From Candidatus Sulfomarinibacteraceae bacterium (GTDB taxonomy: Bacteria; Acidobacteriota; Thermoanaerobaculia; Thermoanaerobaculales; Sulfomarinibacteraceae), in the NCBI GenBank assembly GCA_041552055.1, contig JBFELO010000006.1, positions 6,613 through 70,612 of the forward strand: a stretch of DNA of 64,000 bases, read 5' to 3'. This document shows, in pieces, positions 9,765 to 19,133 of the stretch. The translations under genes and the position numbers were made by a program. The number at the start of each line of letters is the position of its first letter. Positions within the stretch are counted from its first letter, which is position 1. The notes beneath the pieces were generated by a model, which saw nothing but the letters and a program-made list of their open reading frames with translations, was not told the origin of the DNA and ran no database searches.

Positions 9765-10829
9765 CTACGGCCCCGGCGCCGGAGCGTCCGGATGAGTCGC
9801 GTACCACGCGAACCAGAACGAGTACCGCGTGACCGGAGGTGGTCCGAGGCCGTCGCGCCGCGTCACCGTAGCAATGCCCGGATGGACGGCGAAGCGGATG
9901 CGAAGAGGAATGCCGCCCACGACCGTGTCGTACGAGCCCAGAGGCGTTCCAGCCGCGTCGGCGAGTCGGGGCAGCGCGAACGCGGCCTCGTCGGCGCCGG
10001 CGTTGATCACCACCAGCCGGTCCTTGAGGCCGAGATCGCCGGTCTCGGGCAGAGGATCGACCGGGAAGCGCAGCACGTCGGACCCGAAGTAGGAGTGGTA
10101 GGGATCCCGTTTGTACGCCTGCTTCATGCGGTACAGCGGTGCCAGCACGCGACTGTGGGGGTGGTCGGATCGCCACTCTTCCCAGGTGCACAGGGTCGCC
10201 GGCAGCAGCTCGAGATGGCGCCCTTCGGCAGCGTGTGGTCCGCTGATCGCGCGCGCCTGCAGCTGGCTCCAGAGACTCGGAACGCCGTCCGCGTCCTGCC
10301 GGTCGTAGAGCAGCAGGTTGGAGTTGTACAGGAGACCCGAGACCCCGAAATGTTGGACCTCGGATCCGATGGTTCGTTTCGCGGCCACCACGGAGTCGCA
10401 CAGGGGGTTGTACGTGACGACCACAGGGATTCCGCCGACCGTGTCGTTGACGACCTCGTGCCAGCGCATGAGTCGTTGCGGGTAGGCACGGGCTTCGTCA
10501 CCGAGGGTCACACCGATCACCCGGTCGCCGTCGAGCAGGAACTTGCCCCGTCCTTCTTCGTTCTCTTGCTCGACCTCCTGGATCGACAAGGTCTCGGGCT
10601 CATCCAGAACCGGCAGACCGTCTCGATCCATGCCTGACGCCACGAGCTGTGCAGTGGGCACCAGGCAGGTCGACAGGTCGAAGCCGTAGCTCGCCACAGT
10701 TCGGCCGTCTCCGGGCTGCTTCGGCTTTTGGCGAGGGCCGAGAACACCGAGGAGCAGGACGGCAAGGCTGAGCAGCGCGGCGACGACCGCCGCCCACCAT
10801 CCGCTGCTGATCAGGCGTGGTGTCTTCAG
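9765..10829 (-). CDS. DUF3179 domain protein with an N-terminal membrane anchor. The 5' end probably uses a non-canonical CTG.
   Basis: The DUF3179-like core is AYPQRLMRWHEVVNDTVGGIPVVVTYNPLCDS. The listed ORF starts at GTG 10697. However, 44 in-frame codons upstream encode a signal anchor (SSGWWAAVVAALLSLAVLLLGVLG) with no ATG/GTG/TTG. Confidence 0.7.
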   Translation of the reverse strand: MKTPRLISSGWWAAVVAALLSLAVLLLGVLGPRQKPKQPGDGRTVASYGFDLSTCLVPTAQLVASGMDRDGLPVLDEPETLSIQEVEQENEEGRGKFLLDGDRVIGVTLGDEARAYPQRLMRWHEVVNDTVGGIPVVVTYNPLCDSVVAAKRTIGSEVQHFGVSGLLYNSNLLLYDRQDADGVPSLWSQLQARAISGPHAAEGRHLELLPATLCTWEEWRSDHPHSRVLAPLYRMKQAYKRDPYHSYFGSDVLRFPVDPLPETGDLGLKDRLVVINAGADEAAFALPRLADAAGTPLGSYDTVVGGIPLRIRFAVHPGIATVTRRDGLGPPPVTRYSFWFAWYATHPDAPAPGP

Positions 10830-11839
10830 AATCTCACCTTCGTGTGTGTCGCGTCCGATGGCGGCTCGACGGTCGTGACGATTCGGGCTTCCACGCTGTG
10901 TTCTGTTGCGGGCGGCGGAACGGTCCTGTCGCCCACCATCACGATCATCAACAACGGGAGATACACGATACTCGCGAGGAACAGACGGCGCGCGGCCGTT
11001 TGACTGCGCAGCCGCAGGAACTTCCAGCCGACCAGGGCGAAGCCGGCGCCGAGCAGCTGGGAGCTCACCAGGAACACGGTTCCGGACAGGCCGGTCCAGG
11101 ACAGCGCCGCGGTGATCGGCAGCAGGGCCGCCGCGTAGAGCACGGCCAGGCGCCCGGTCAGATCTCCGTCACGGTCGACGGACGGCATCATCCGAAATCC
11201 GGCGCGCTGGTAGTCGGACCGGTAGAGCCACGCCAGCGACAGAAAGTGCGGCACCTGCCAGAAGAACAGGATCCCGAACAGGATCCAGGCGCCGAGCTCG
11301 AGCCGACCGGCTCCGGCGGTCCAGCCCATCATCGGTGGAACCGCGCCGCACACTGCGCCGACTGCAGTGTTGAAAGGGGTTCGCACCTTGAGCGGTGTGT
11401 ACACCAGAACGTACAGAAGGATTGTGAACAGCGAGAGCCCGGTGGTCAGCCAGTTGGTGCCGACGGCCAATACGGTCAGTCCTGCCGCGGCAGACGCGAG
11501 CCCCCAGACAGCGACTTCGCGACGGCCGACGCGGTGCGACGGCAGCGGGCGGCCGCGGGTGCGCTCCATGAGACGATCGCGATCTGCCTCGAGCAGCTGG
11601 TTGAGGATATTCGCGCCGAATGCCGACAGCGCGGTGCCGATCGCGATCCACGCCAGGCCGGTCAGGCTCGTGCTGCCGGCGGCACCGACGAGGTACCCGA
11701 CCACCGCCGTCAGCACGACGAAGCTGGCGAGTCGAGCCTTCGACAGCTCGAGATAGCAGCTGATGAGTTGCCGTGTGCTCCGGTCTGCCGCAACCTGTTT
11801 CGAGTCCGTGATGTTCTTGTCCACGAGTGTGAGTCCCAA
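10826..11839 (-). CDS. ctaB: Protohaem IX farnesyltransferase (haem O synthase)
   Basis: UbiA-family text: YLELSKARLASFVVLTA...NILNQLLEADRDRLMERTRGRPLPS, with multiple TM helices. Confidence 0.9.
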   Translation of the reverse strand: MGLTLVDKNITDSKQVAADRSTRQLISCYLELSKARLASFVVLTAVVGYLVGAAGSTSLTGLAWIAIGTALSAFGANILNQLLEADRDRLMERTRGRPLPSHRVGRREVAVWGLASAAAGLTVLAVGTNWLTTGLSLFTILLYVLVYTPLKVRTPFNTAVGAVCGAVPPMMGWTAGAGRLELGAWILFGILFFWQVPHFLSLAWLYRSDYQRAGFRMMPSVDRDGDLTGRLAVLYAAALLPITAALSWTGLSGTVFLVSSQLLGAGFALVGWKFLRLRSQTAARRLFLASIVYLPLLMIVMVGDRTVPPPATEHSVEARIVTTVEPPSDATHTKVRF

Positions 11840-11924
11840 TTCCCGGAAGTGATCTGCGATGATGGCACCGGGTTCGGGCAGTATAACCGCAGCCCGAGAG
11901 TCGCAATTTCAGGGGGAGGCGGCC

Positions 11925-13226
11925 ATGGAAGCGCTGGTCCGGAACGATCGCAGCTACGTCCTCGCCGTGGGTTTCGCCGCCACGGTGACGATGTGGGCCG
12001 TTGCCTACGTGGGGCGACTGCCGTTGGTGATGGCCCCGAGCGGGTTGTTGGGCCTGCTCATGCTGGCGGCCGTGGCCGCGTGGGGCTGGTTCGCCGGGCG
12101 ATCGTCCGGTGACGGCTGGGTCGCCGGTGCCCTGGTGGGCGCCACGGCGGCAGTCCTCAACCTGCTCATCCTCGGCAGCCTGCTGGCGGCCGCGGACGGA
12201 AGACTCCGCCCTTCCGCTCTGTGGTGGGTGCCGGGCTCGATCCTGGGTATCGCCTTGCTGGCAGGGATCACAGCAGCCATCGGGTCGCGATCGGCGTCGA
12301 CCGAGCGGCGACCGCAGGACTGGACAGCGATGTTTTCCAAGGTCGCGGTGGCTGCGACCTTTCTGCTGATCGTGGCGGGCGGGCTGGTGACCAGCCAGGA
12401 GGCCGGCCTGGCCGTCGTCGACTGGCCGAATACCTTCGGTTCGAACATGTTTATGTATCCGCTGTCGCGGATGACGGGCGGCATCTACTACGAGCACGCC
12501 CACCGGCTGTTCGGTGCGCTCGTCGGCATCACCACGCTCGCGCTGGCCGCGCACCTGTGGCGAGTGGACAGCCGCGGCTGGGTGCGGCGGCTGGCGCTGG
12601 TTGCCGTGATCGTGGTGGTGACGCAGGGGATCCTCGGTGGCCTGCGGGTGACCGGCCAGTTCACCCTGTCGACGTCTGCCGAGGACATGACGCCGAGCAT
12701 CGGGCTGGCCATCGTTCACGGCGTGCTCGGCCAGCTGTTCCTGGCGCTGATCGTGTTCCTGGCGGTGGTCACGAGCAAGTGGTGGCGAGAGGCTCCGCCG
12801 GCGGAGGTCCGGCCGACTGCGGCGACCGATCGCTCGATCCAGGTCGGGCTGGTGTCGGTGCTCGCGATCCAGCTCGTGTTCGGTGCGGTGCAGCGGCACA
12901 TCGCGCAGGGGCTGCTGATCCACATCGCGCTGGCGACCGTCGTGACGGTGCTCGCGATCGCGGCCGGTGCGCGGGCGTGGGGGCTCTACCATGGCGTCTG
13001 GCCGGTCCAACGGCTGGGTCAGCTCCTGATGGGTCTCGTCTGCGTGCAGGTCGCGCTCGGCATCGCCGCGCTGGCCGTGACCCAGGGTCGGGCGGTGGTG
13101 GGCAGTCCGACGACCATCGAGGTGACGATCGCGACCGCTCACCAGGCGACAGGCGCGGCGCTGCTCGCCGTCAGCGTGATGTTGGCCGTGTGGACGCAGC
13201 GGCTGTACCACCACGAAGAACACTGA
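11925..13226 (+). CDS. ctaA: Haem A synthase (COX15/CtaA) with an extra N-terminal four-helix membrane extension
   Basis: The COX15 core is FLLIVAGGLVTSQEAGLAVVDWPNTFG...YYEHAHRLFG. ATG 11925 follows GGGGGAGG. The gene is divergent from ctaB. Confidence 0.85.
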   Translation: MEALVRNDRSYVLAVGFAATVTMWAVAYVGRLPLVMAPSGLLGLLMLAAVAAWGWFAGRSSGDGWVAGALVGATAAVLNLLILGSLLAAADGRLRPSALWWVPGSILGIALLAGITAAIGSRSASTERRPQDWTAMFSKVAVAATFLLIVAGGLVTSQEAGLAVVDWPNTFGSNMFMYPLSRMTGGIYYEHAHRLFGALVGITTLALAAHLWRVDSRGWVRRLALVAVIVVVTQGILGGLRVTGQFTLSTSAEDMTPSIGLAIVHGVLGQLFLALIVFLAVVTSKWWREAPPAEVRPTAATDRSIQVGLVSVLAIQLVFGAVQRHIAQGLLIHIALATVVTVLAIAAGARAWGLYHGVWPVQRLGQLLMGLVCVQVALGIAALAVTQGRAVVGSPTTIEVTIATAHQATGAALLAVSVMLAVWTQRLYHHEEH

Positions 13227-13339
13227 TCGTCAGGAGCCACGGGCGAGGCAGAGGTTCGAGGACCGAGCGGGAGCTGAGGGACGACGATTCGAGGTCGGCA
13301 GGGCTCGGTCAAGTCGTCGCGGTCTTCTGCAGTCGCGCT

Positions 13340-13500
13340 CCCCGAGGTTGCCGCCTGCAACATTCTTGGGCCCAGTCGACGTTGGTATTGAATGCGGACA
13401 GGGTCCCAAGAATGTCGCAGATGGCACGCCCGCACAACGCGCACCTCGTGTTCTGTCGGGCCCCGACATTGTCAAGGAGGCACCCGTGGCAAGCGCGCAG
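13340..13500. repeat. Composite intergenic repeat, hairpin copy (arms 13356-13372 / 13402-13419, stem word caacattcttggg)
   Basis: Inverted repeat flanked by the shared boxes ...gaggttgccgcc and gatggcacgcccgcacaacgcgc, the same flanks as the copy at 22060-22180. Confidence 0.8.
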
Positions 13501-13742
13501 GGGAGTGGCGCGTCGGATCTTCGGGCAACGATTTCGTCATGTCAGGCACCTATGGATGAGGGATGCTCCCCAACCTGACACTTCGTCATTTCGTCATGCC
13601 AGGCACCCATGGGCTTCGAAACGTCATGCCGGGCGCCCGCAGGGGGCGCCCCGGGGGAAGACCGCGTCGGGTGTCATGTGGCCGATGCGAGTGGCAGGCC
13701 CTGACCCTTGCCTCCGGCCGCGCTGTCGGTAAGGTGTGCGCT

Positions 13743-15245
13743 CTACTTTCCTTCCGGCGGCAAACCGCGGTGTCCGGTCTGCCAGTCCTCGAGGACGTGG
13801 AACGCGCGCAACTCTTCTCCGAAAGCGGTGCCGTCGATCAGCGCCTCGATCTCCTGTCGCGTCTGTCGATGCCAGGTGACGTCCATGTTGGCGAACTGCC
13901 AGGTCACGACCGCCGCGATGGCCGCGTTGATGCGCATCGTGTCGAGCTCGACCTTGTCGAAGGTGTCTGTGGCCGCGTGGTAGTTGGGCCCGTAGTTGGC
14001 CGGGTCCTGGTTCGCCACCAGGTTGGCCACGCCCTGGAGCATGAAGTCGAAGTGGTCGGTGCCAAAGCTCGGTTGGTCGAGGTTGGTGAACGGTCCGAGG
14101 CCCGCGATCGGCACAAGAGCGCGTTCCGCGGCCTCGAGGACATCAGGGTTGCCACCGGTGTACAGGCCGATGATCCGGCCGGTCCCCGTGTCGTACGACG
14201 AGACCATCACGTGACGGTCCATCTCGTCGGCGTGGGCCTTCGTGTACTCCCAGGACCCGTAGAGGCCCTGCTCTTCGCCGTTCCACAGCGCGAACCGAAT
14301 CGTCCGCTTCGGCCGCATGCCGAGTCGCGCCATCTGGCGCGCGATGTCGAGGACCATGGCGACGTTGCAGGCGTTGTCCAGGGCGCCGGTACCGAGCCCC
14401 CACGAATCGATGTGGGCGCCGATGATGACGATGTCTTTGGGTTCTGCCGAGCCCTCGATCTCGCCGATCACGTTCCAGCTCGTGTAGGCGGGGCCCGACT
14501 CGGCATCGATCCGGAGCGTGAGGTCGAGCCGATGGCCCGCCCTGAGCAGGCGCAGCGCCCGGCCCGCCGCCTCGCGCTCCAGTATCGCGAGCGGGTGCTC
14601 GTTGTCAGGTCCGAGCGACGCGTTGTGGCGGTGGAGCACACCGCTGGGACGGGCTCCCATGTAGACCACGCCCGCGGCGCCTGCGGCAAACGCCCGCTCC
14701 TCGATCCGCGAAGCCTCGATGTACTCTCTGAACAGCCCGTCGATGTCTTCCAGCGGAATGGTTTCCACGAGCAGAATCGCACCACGGGTTTTCTCGCCGA
14801 GCTCCTCGAGTTCTTCGTCGGTCGCGAATCCGGCGTCAACGAGTGGTGCAGTGATGCCCTCCAGAGGTGTGGCCACCGAGAACGGCATCGCGGCTGCCCG
14901 TACCTCGAACCGAATGCCGTCGCCTTCGACGACGGCCGTGGTCGAGCGCGCGAGCCACAGCTCGGGGACTGTAAACGGCTCCTTTGTGGCGGGCACTCCG
15001 GCGGCGCCGAACCGCTCGAGCGCCCACTCCACCGCACGCTGGTTCTGCTCGGATCCGGTCGGGCGGCCACCAAACCCGTCGGTGAGCGCGGCAAGGTCCG
15101 CCTCGAACGGCGTGTCCCCGAGCAGGGCCGCCACCAACCTGGAAACATCGTCCGACGGTGCGGTGGCGTGCTCCTCCGCTGCCGCGGAGAACCACGCCAA
15201 TGAGACGACGAGCACGAATGTGGCCCGCTTCGACAGTCTGGACAT
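13743..15245 (-). CDS. Secreted M28-family metallopeptidase with a PA domain
   Basis: Signal peptide MSRLSKRATFVLVVSLAWFSAAA. Zinc-site text IIGAHIDSWGLGTGALDN and FALWNGEEQGLYGS. ATG 15245 follows GGGAGG. The 819-aa listed ORF is a read-through of this gene. Confidence 0.85.
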   Translation of the reverse strand: MSRLSKRATFVLVVSLAWFSAAAEEHATAPSDDVSRLVAALLGDTPFEADLAALTDGFGGRPTGSEQNQRAVEWALERFGAAGVPATKEPFTVPELWLARSTTAVVEGDGIRFEVRAAAMPFSVATPLEGITAPLVDAGFATDEELEELGEKTRGAILLVETIPLEDIDGLFREYIEASRIEERAFAAGAAGVVYMGARPSGVLHRHNASLGPDNEHPLAILEREAAGRALRLLRAGHRLDLTLRIDAESGPAYTSWNVIGEIEGSAEPKDIVIIGAHIDSWGLGTGALDNACNVAMVLDIARQMARLGMRPKRTIRFALWNGEEQGLYGSWEYTKAHADEMDRHVMVSSYDTGTGRIIGLYTGGNPDVLEAAERALVPIAGLGPFTNLDQPSFGTDHFDFMLQGVANLVANQDPANYGPNYHAATDTFDKVELDTMRINAAIAAVVTWQFANMDVTWHRQTRQEIEALIDGTAFGEELRAFHVLEDWQTGHRGLPPEGK

Positions 15246-15298
15246 CCTCACGGAAACCTCCCGCGTCGTTGGTTCGTGGAGTGACTTTCGTTTGCCGA

Positions 15299-16246
15299 TC
15301 ACGTTGACTCCGCGGTGTCGCCCGTCGCAGCGTCGAGCTGAAACGCCTGACTCGAGAACGCACCGTGGGTGTAGAAGTGCTCGAGCAGGCGATCCTTCTC
15401 TCGGTACCGTGCGAGCAGCCACTCCTGGAGCTCCCGCTCCAGGCAGGGGAGCTCGTCGGCCGGGAAGCGTCGCACGTGGACGTGGATCCGGCGCACCGAG
15501 CCGACGATGAGCTGCCACAGCGTGGGAACGCCGTCGACGTACCCGATGGTCACGTCGTACACCGCGTGCAGATGGTCTTCGAGACCCTCGACCGTGGCGA
15601 CGAAACCCTTGGTGCGTGGAATCTGGACGTGCCGTGTGGCATCGATGCCCCGTTCCATTGCCCACTCCGCGCTCGTGCGGATCTTCTCCGGGGTGGCCCT
15701 GGTGCCTTCGGCAAACGTCACGAGCCACATCGGGATGGCTTCTCTGACCAGGGTCTCGAAGGTGCGGTGGATGGTTGCCCGATCCTGCGTCCAGTCGCGG
15801 CGCAGGAACGGGCAGTTGAGGAACTGCATGCCCCAACCGAGTCCGGGAATCCACTTGAGTGCGTGCTTGACGAAGAACTTGAGGTCGCCGAGCCGGCCCT
15901 TGCTCTTCGCCAGTGCCATGAGGGCCAGGATGTCCGGCATCTGTTGATGGTTGGACACGACGAGCGCGTTGTCGTCGACCGGGAGGTTCTCGCCCGTGAC
16001 GATGATCTGCGTCTGGTTGAACTTCCGTGCGGCGGCGACGCACCAGCCCCACCAGGTGTCGGCACACCACCGGTTGAAGCGACGAAAGGTGCGGCGCGAG
16101 AACGGCACCAGGACGAGGCTCGCGGTCTGGGCCACGTTGAATGCCAGCAGCGAGGCCACGCCAGCGATCACGAGCGGCAACACTCGGACCGTCCGGGTCC
16201 ACCGGGTGAGTCGACCGGCGTCATCGGTCAGGGGATCGAGAGGCAT
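15299..16246 (-). CDS. Lysophospholipid (1-acyl-sn-glycerol-3-phosphate-type) acyltransferase
   Basis: HX4D-type box VVSNHQQMPDI and a FAEGTR box. Start taken at ATG 16246. Confidence 0.8.
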   Translation of the reverse strand: MPLDPLTDDAGRLTRWTRTVRVLPLVIAGVASLLAFNVAQTASLVLVPFSRRTFRRFNRWCADTWWGWCVAAARKFNQTQIIVTGENLPVDDNALVVSNHQQMPDILALMALAKSKGRLGDLKFFVKHALKWIPGLGWGMQFLNCPFLRRDWTQDRATIHRTFETLVREAIPMWLVTFAEGTRATPEKIRTSAEWAMERGIDATRHVQIPRTKGFVATVEGLEDHLHAVYDVTIGYVDGVPTLWQLIVGSVRRIHVHVRRFPADELPCLERELQEWLLARYREKDRLLEHFYTHGAFSSQAFQLDAATGDTAEST

Positions 16247-17682
16247 GCCAGGCCCTCTTCGAGAAGTTCGCGACAGCGCTCGATGTCGCGTTCGGTCGTC
16301 GCCAGGTTGCCGATCGCGACCCGCAGTGCCACGCCGTGATCCAGGCGCGTGTGGGACAGGTACACGTCGCCGGCCGCGTTGACCCGTTCGAGCAGTGCCA
16401 TGTTGAGCTCGTCGAGTCGCTCGGGGTCGTCGACGCCTCTTGGGTGCGCCCTGAAGCACACCACAGAGAACGGCGCCGGCGCCAGCCGTTCCAGCTCGGA
16501 TTGCCCGTCGACCCAGCTCGCGAAGTCCCGGGCCATCTCTATGTGATTGCCGATACGTTCACAGATCCCCTGCCTGCCGAACGTGCGCAGCACCCACCAC
16601 AGCTTGAGCGCGCGGAATCGGCGTCCGAGCTGGACGCCGTAATCCATGAGATCGACAACGTGACCCGACAGCGGAGTGGTGAGGTACTCCGGCACCAGCG
16701 AGAACGCCTTGCGAAACGTATCGGGATGCCGCGTGTACAGCGCCGAGCAATCCACGGGCGTGAACATCCACTTGTGCGGATTGAAGGTCAGGCTGTCGGC
16801 CCGGTCGCAGCCCTCCAGACACCACCGGTGCTCGGGGCAGAGGGCTGCCGAGCCCGCATAGGCGGCGTCGACGTGCAGCCAGAGATTCTCGGCGGCGCAG
16901 ACCTCTACGATGGCCGGTACCGGATCCACCGACGTGGTGGACGTGGTGCCCACCGTGGCCACAACCGCCAAGGGTCGAATCCCGGTCGACCTGTCTTCGG
17001 CGACGACCCGGGCCAGGGCGTCCGGGTCCATCCGGTACTGGGAATCGTGCGGGATGGCCCGGTAGCCGTCGAGCCCGATTCCGAGGGCGACGCAGGCCTT
17101 GGCGATCGAGTTGTGGGCCTGGTCCGACGCGTAGACCCGAAGCCGCGGTAGATCGGCGCGGCCGGCCATGCCCAGCGAGCGAATCTCGAGGTTCGCCGCC
17201 TCGCGCGCCGCGGCGAGCGACAACAGGGACGAGATCGAGGCCGTGTCATTGATGAAACCGAAGAAGTCCCCGGGCAATCCGAGCCCGTCCCGCAACCAAT
17301 CCAGGACCCGGAGCTCGAGCTCGGTGGCCGACGGACATGTGCGCCACAACATGCCGTTGACGTTGAGCGCGGCCGATGCGAGCTCTCCCAGGATGCCGGG
17401 TCCGGATCCGGTGATGCCGAAGTAGGCCATGAACCCGGGGTGGTTCCAGTGCGTCACCCCGGGGAGGATGACGTCGAGGAAGTCCTGCCACACGTCGTCG
17501 AGCTCTTCGCCGGTGTCGGGCATCGCACTCTGGAGCCTGGCGGCCACATCGCCGGGGTGGACTCGCGACAAAACCGGGTGGGACCGGTTTTCGCCGTCCA
17601 GGTAGTCGGCGATCCAGTCCACCATTCGGTGGGCCTGGCGCCGGAACTCGTCCGCCTCGAGGTGGCCGGACCTCTCGGTCAT
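16228..17682 (-). CDS. PLP-dependent group II (aromatic amino acid / tyrosine-type) decarboxylase
   Basis: HWNHPGFMAYF, and NPHKWMFTPVDCSALY containing the PLP lysine. Confidence 0.85.
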   Translation of the reverse strand: MTERSGHLEADEFRRQAHRMVDWIADYLDGENRSHPVLSRVHPGDVAARLQSAMPDTGEELDDVWQDFLDVILPGVTHWNHPGFMAYFGITGSGPGILGELASAALNVNGMLWRTCPSATELELRVLDWLRDGLGLPGDFFGFINDTASISSLLSLAAAREAANLEIRSLGMAGRADLPRLRVYASDQAHNSIAKACVALGIGLDGYRAIPHDSQYRMDPDALARVVAEDRSTGIRPLAVVATVGTTSTTSVDPVPAIVEVCAAENLWLHVDAAYAGSAALCPEHRWCLEGCDRADSLTFNPHKWMFTPVDCSALYTRHPDTFRKAFSLVPEYLTTPLSGHVVDLMDYGVQLGRRFRALKLWWVLRTFGRQGICERIGNHIEMARDFASWVDGQSELERLAPAPFSVVCFRAHPRGVDDPERLDELNMALLERVNAAGDVYLSHTRLDHGVALRVAIGNLATTERDIERCRELLEEGLACLSIP

Positions 17683-17743
17683 CGTGACCTCCAGGTGGCT
17701 AGGATACAGAAGATGCTGCCAGTTGCGGAGTGCTTACGTAGAA

Positions 17744-17802
<59 letters not shown>

Positions 17803-17820
17803 GGTCCCCAGCCCGCCCGC

Positions 17821-17844
17821 GTCCGAGTCCGAGTCCGCGTCCGT
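17821..17844. repeat. Hexamer tandem array (GTCCGN)x4
   Basis: Read directly from the sequence. Confidence 0.85.
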
Positions 17845-18213
17845 GCCCGGCCCGCACACCCAGCCGTTGCCCGTCGCTGGTCGCTTGGCCGCCCACCCGC
17901 CCAGAGAGCAGATGCCGGATTCCCTGACCCAGAGATGGTTCCGTGTCTTTCTGAGCCAGCGCAGCGAGCGAACAATCCCCTCATGCGCGAGCGCCGGTGC
18001 GATCGCGTCATCTCTCGGGAGCACGCGGGGGGGTCTCTCGACTCGCTTTGGCCGTTCCGGCTTCGCCCTCCGGGATACTCGTGACGAGTCCGGTCTGCGC
18101 TCGCTCGAGCCGACAATCGCGCAGTAGGGTGCGGCTCGCCGCACGATCCACTGGCGTTTCGCGAGGAGGTGTTTTTGGAATTTGAACGGACGAGGGGTCG
18201 TTGCCATTGCCTG

Positions 18214-18615
18214 ATGATGCGCTTCCTCTTGTTCGTTTTGCTCCTCGCCAGTGTGGCATGCGGCCCGAGTGTGGCGATCGTGCCGGAGGACCAGCCGGTG
18301 TCCTACGTCGAGCACCTCGAGCCGTTGATCATCGAGCGGTGCCTCGGCTGTCACACGGCAGAAGAACCCAAGGAGGAGCTGGTGCTGGAGCGCGGGCGTG
18401 GGTACGCACAGCTCGTGGAGCGGGCCTCGGAGCAGGTGCCTTCGCTGCAGCTGGTCGTCCCGGGCGACGCAGACGCGTCCTACCTGTGGCACAAGGTGGA
18501 CCACACCGCCGGCACGGGCAAAGGTATGCCGCGGACTTTGACGGGATCGAAGCGGCTGCCGGAACCCGAGCTCGAGCTGATCCGCAGATGGATCGAGGAC
18601 GGCGCCGCGCCGTAG
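18214..18615 (+). CDS. Small exported PSCyt1-like c-type haem domain protein
   Basis: Signal/lipobox-like MMRFLLFVLLLASVAC, one CXXCH (CLGCH), then VVPGDADASYLWHKV and LPEPELELIRRWIEDGA. Confidence 0.6.
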   Translation: MMRFLLFVLLLASVACGPSVAIVPEDQPVSYVEHLEPLIIERCLGCHTAEEPKEELVLERGRGYAQLVERASEQVPSLQLVVPGDADASYLWHKVDHTAGTGKGMPRTLTGSKRLPEPELELIRRWIEDGAAP

Positions 18616-18755
18616 TTAGAACCACGGCGCAACATGTGGCTGCGATCCGCGAAGCGACTCGCAATCGCAACCCAACGGAAGCAGACCGCAAGGTAGGACA
18701 GAGACGGCCTCTGGTGTCGGATGGTTGACGCGATCGGCAGGCCGACGACATCGCC

Positions 18756-18855
18756 ATCTGCGGGGTGCCGCTCTTGATAATGTTGGGAGCACCGTCTCTC
18801 AAACGGCGTGGCCCGTCGGGGCCCAACATTGTCAAGGGGGGCACCCGCGGGAGCT
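18756..18855. repeat. Composite intergenic repeat, hairpin copy (arms 18776-18787 / 18822-18833, stem word aatgttggg)
   Basis: Inverted repeat flanked by ctgcggggtgccg and gggggcacccgcgggagc. Confidence 0.85.
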
Positions 18856-19133
18856 AATCTGAGAGAACGGCGCGTCGCAGCTGCGCTGGTCTCACCGATC
18901 GAGTAGTCCCGGCCCTCCGGACTCCCACGGGGAGCGCGCCGGGGAGTGGGCGCGTGGAAGAAGCTAGAGAGTCGCGAGTCGCACGACGAATCCCTCGCTC
19001 ACCTGATTGTCGATGACGATGAGGATGACGATCGCGAACAAGTGTTGTGTACACTGAAAGCCGTCATGAACTTGCAGCTGAGACCACACATCGAGGTTGA
19101 GCGAGAAGTGGTTTGGCCAGCGGGAGTCCGACC

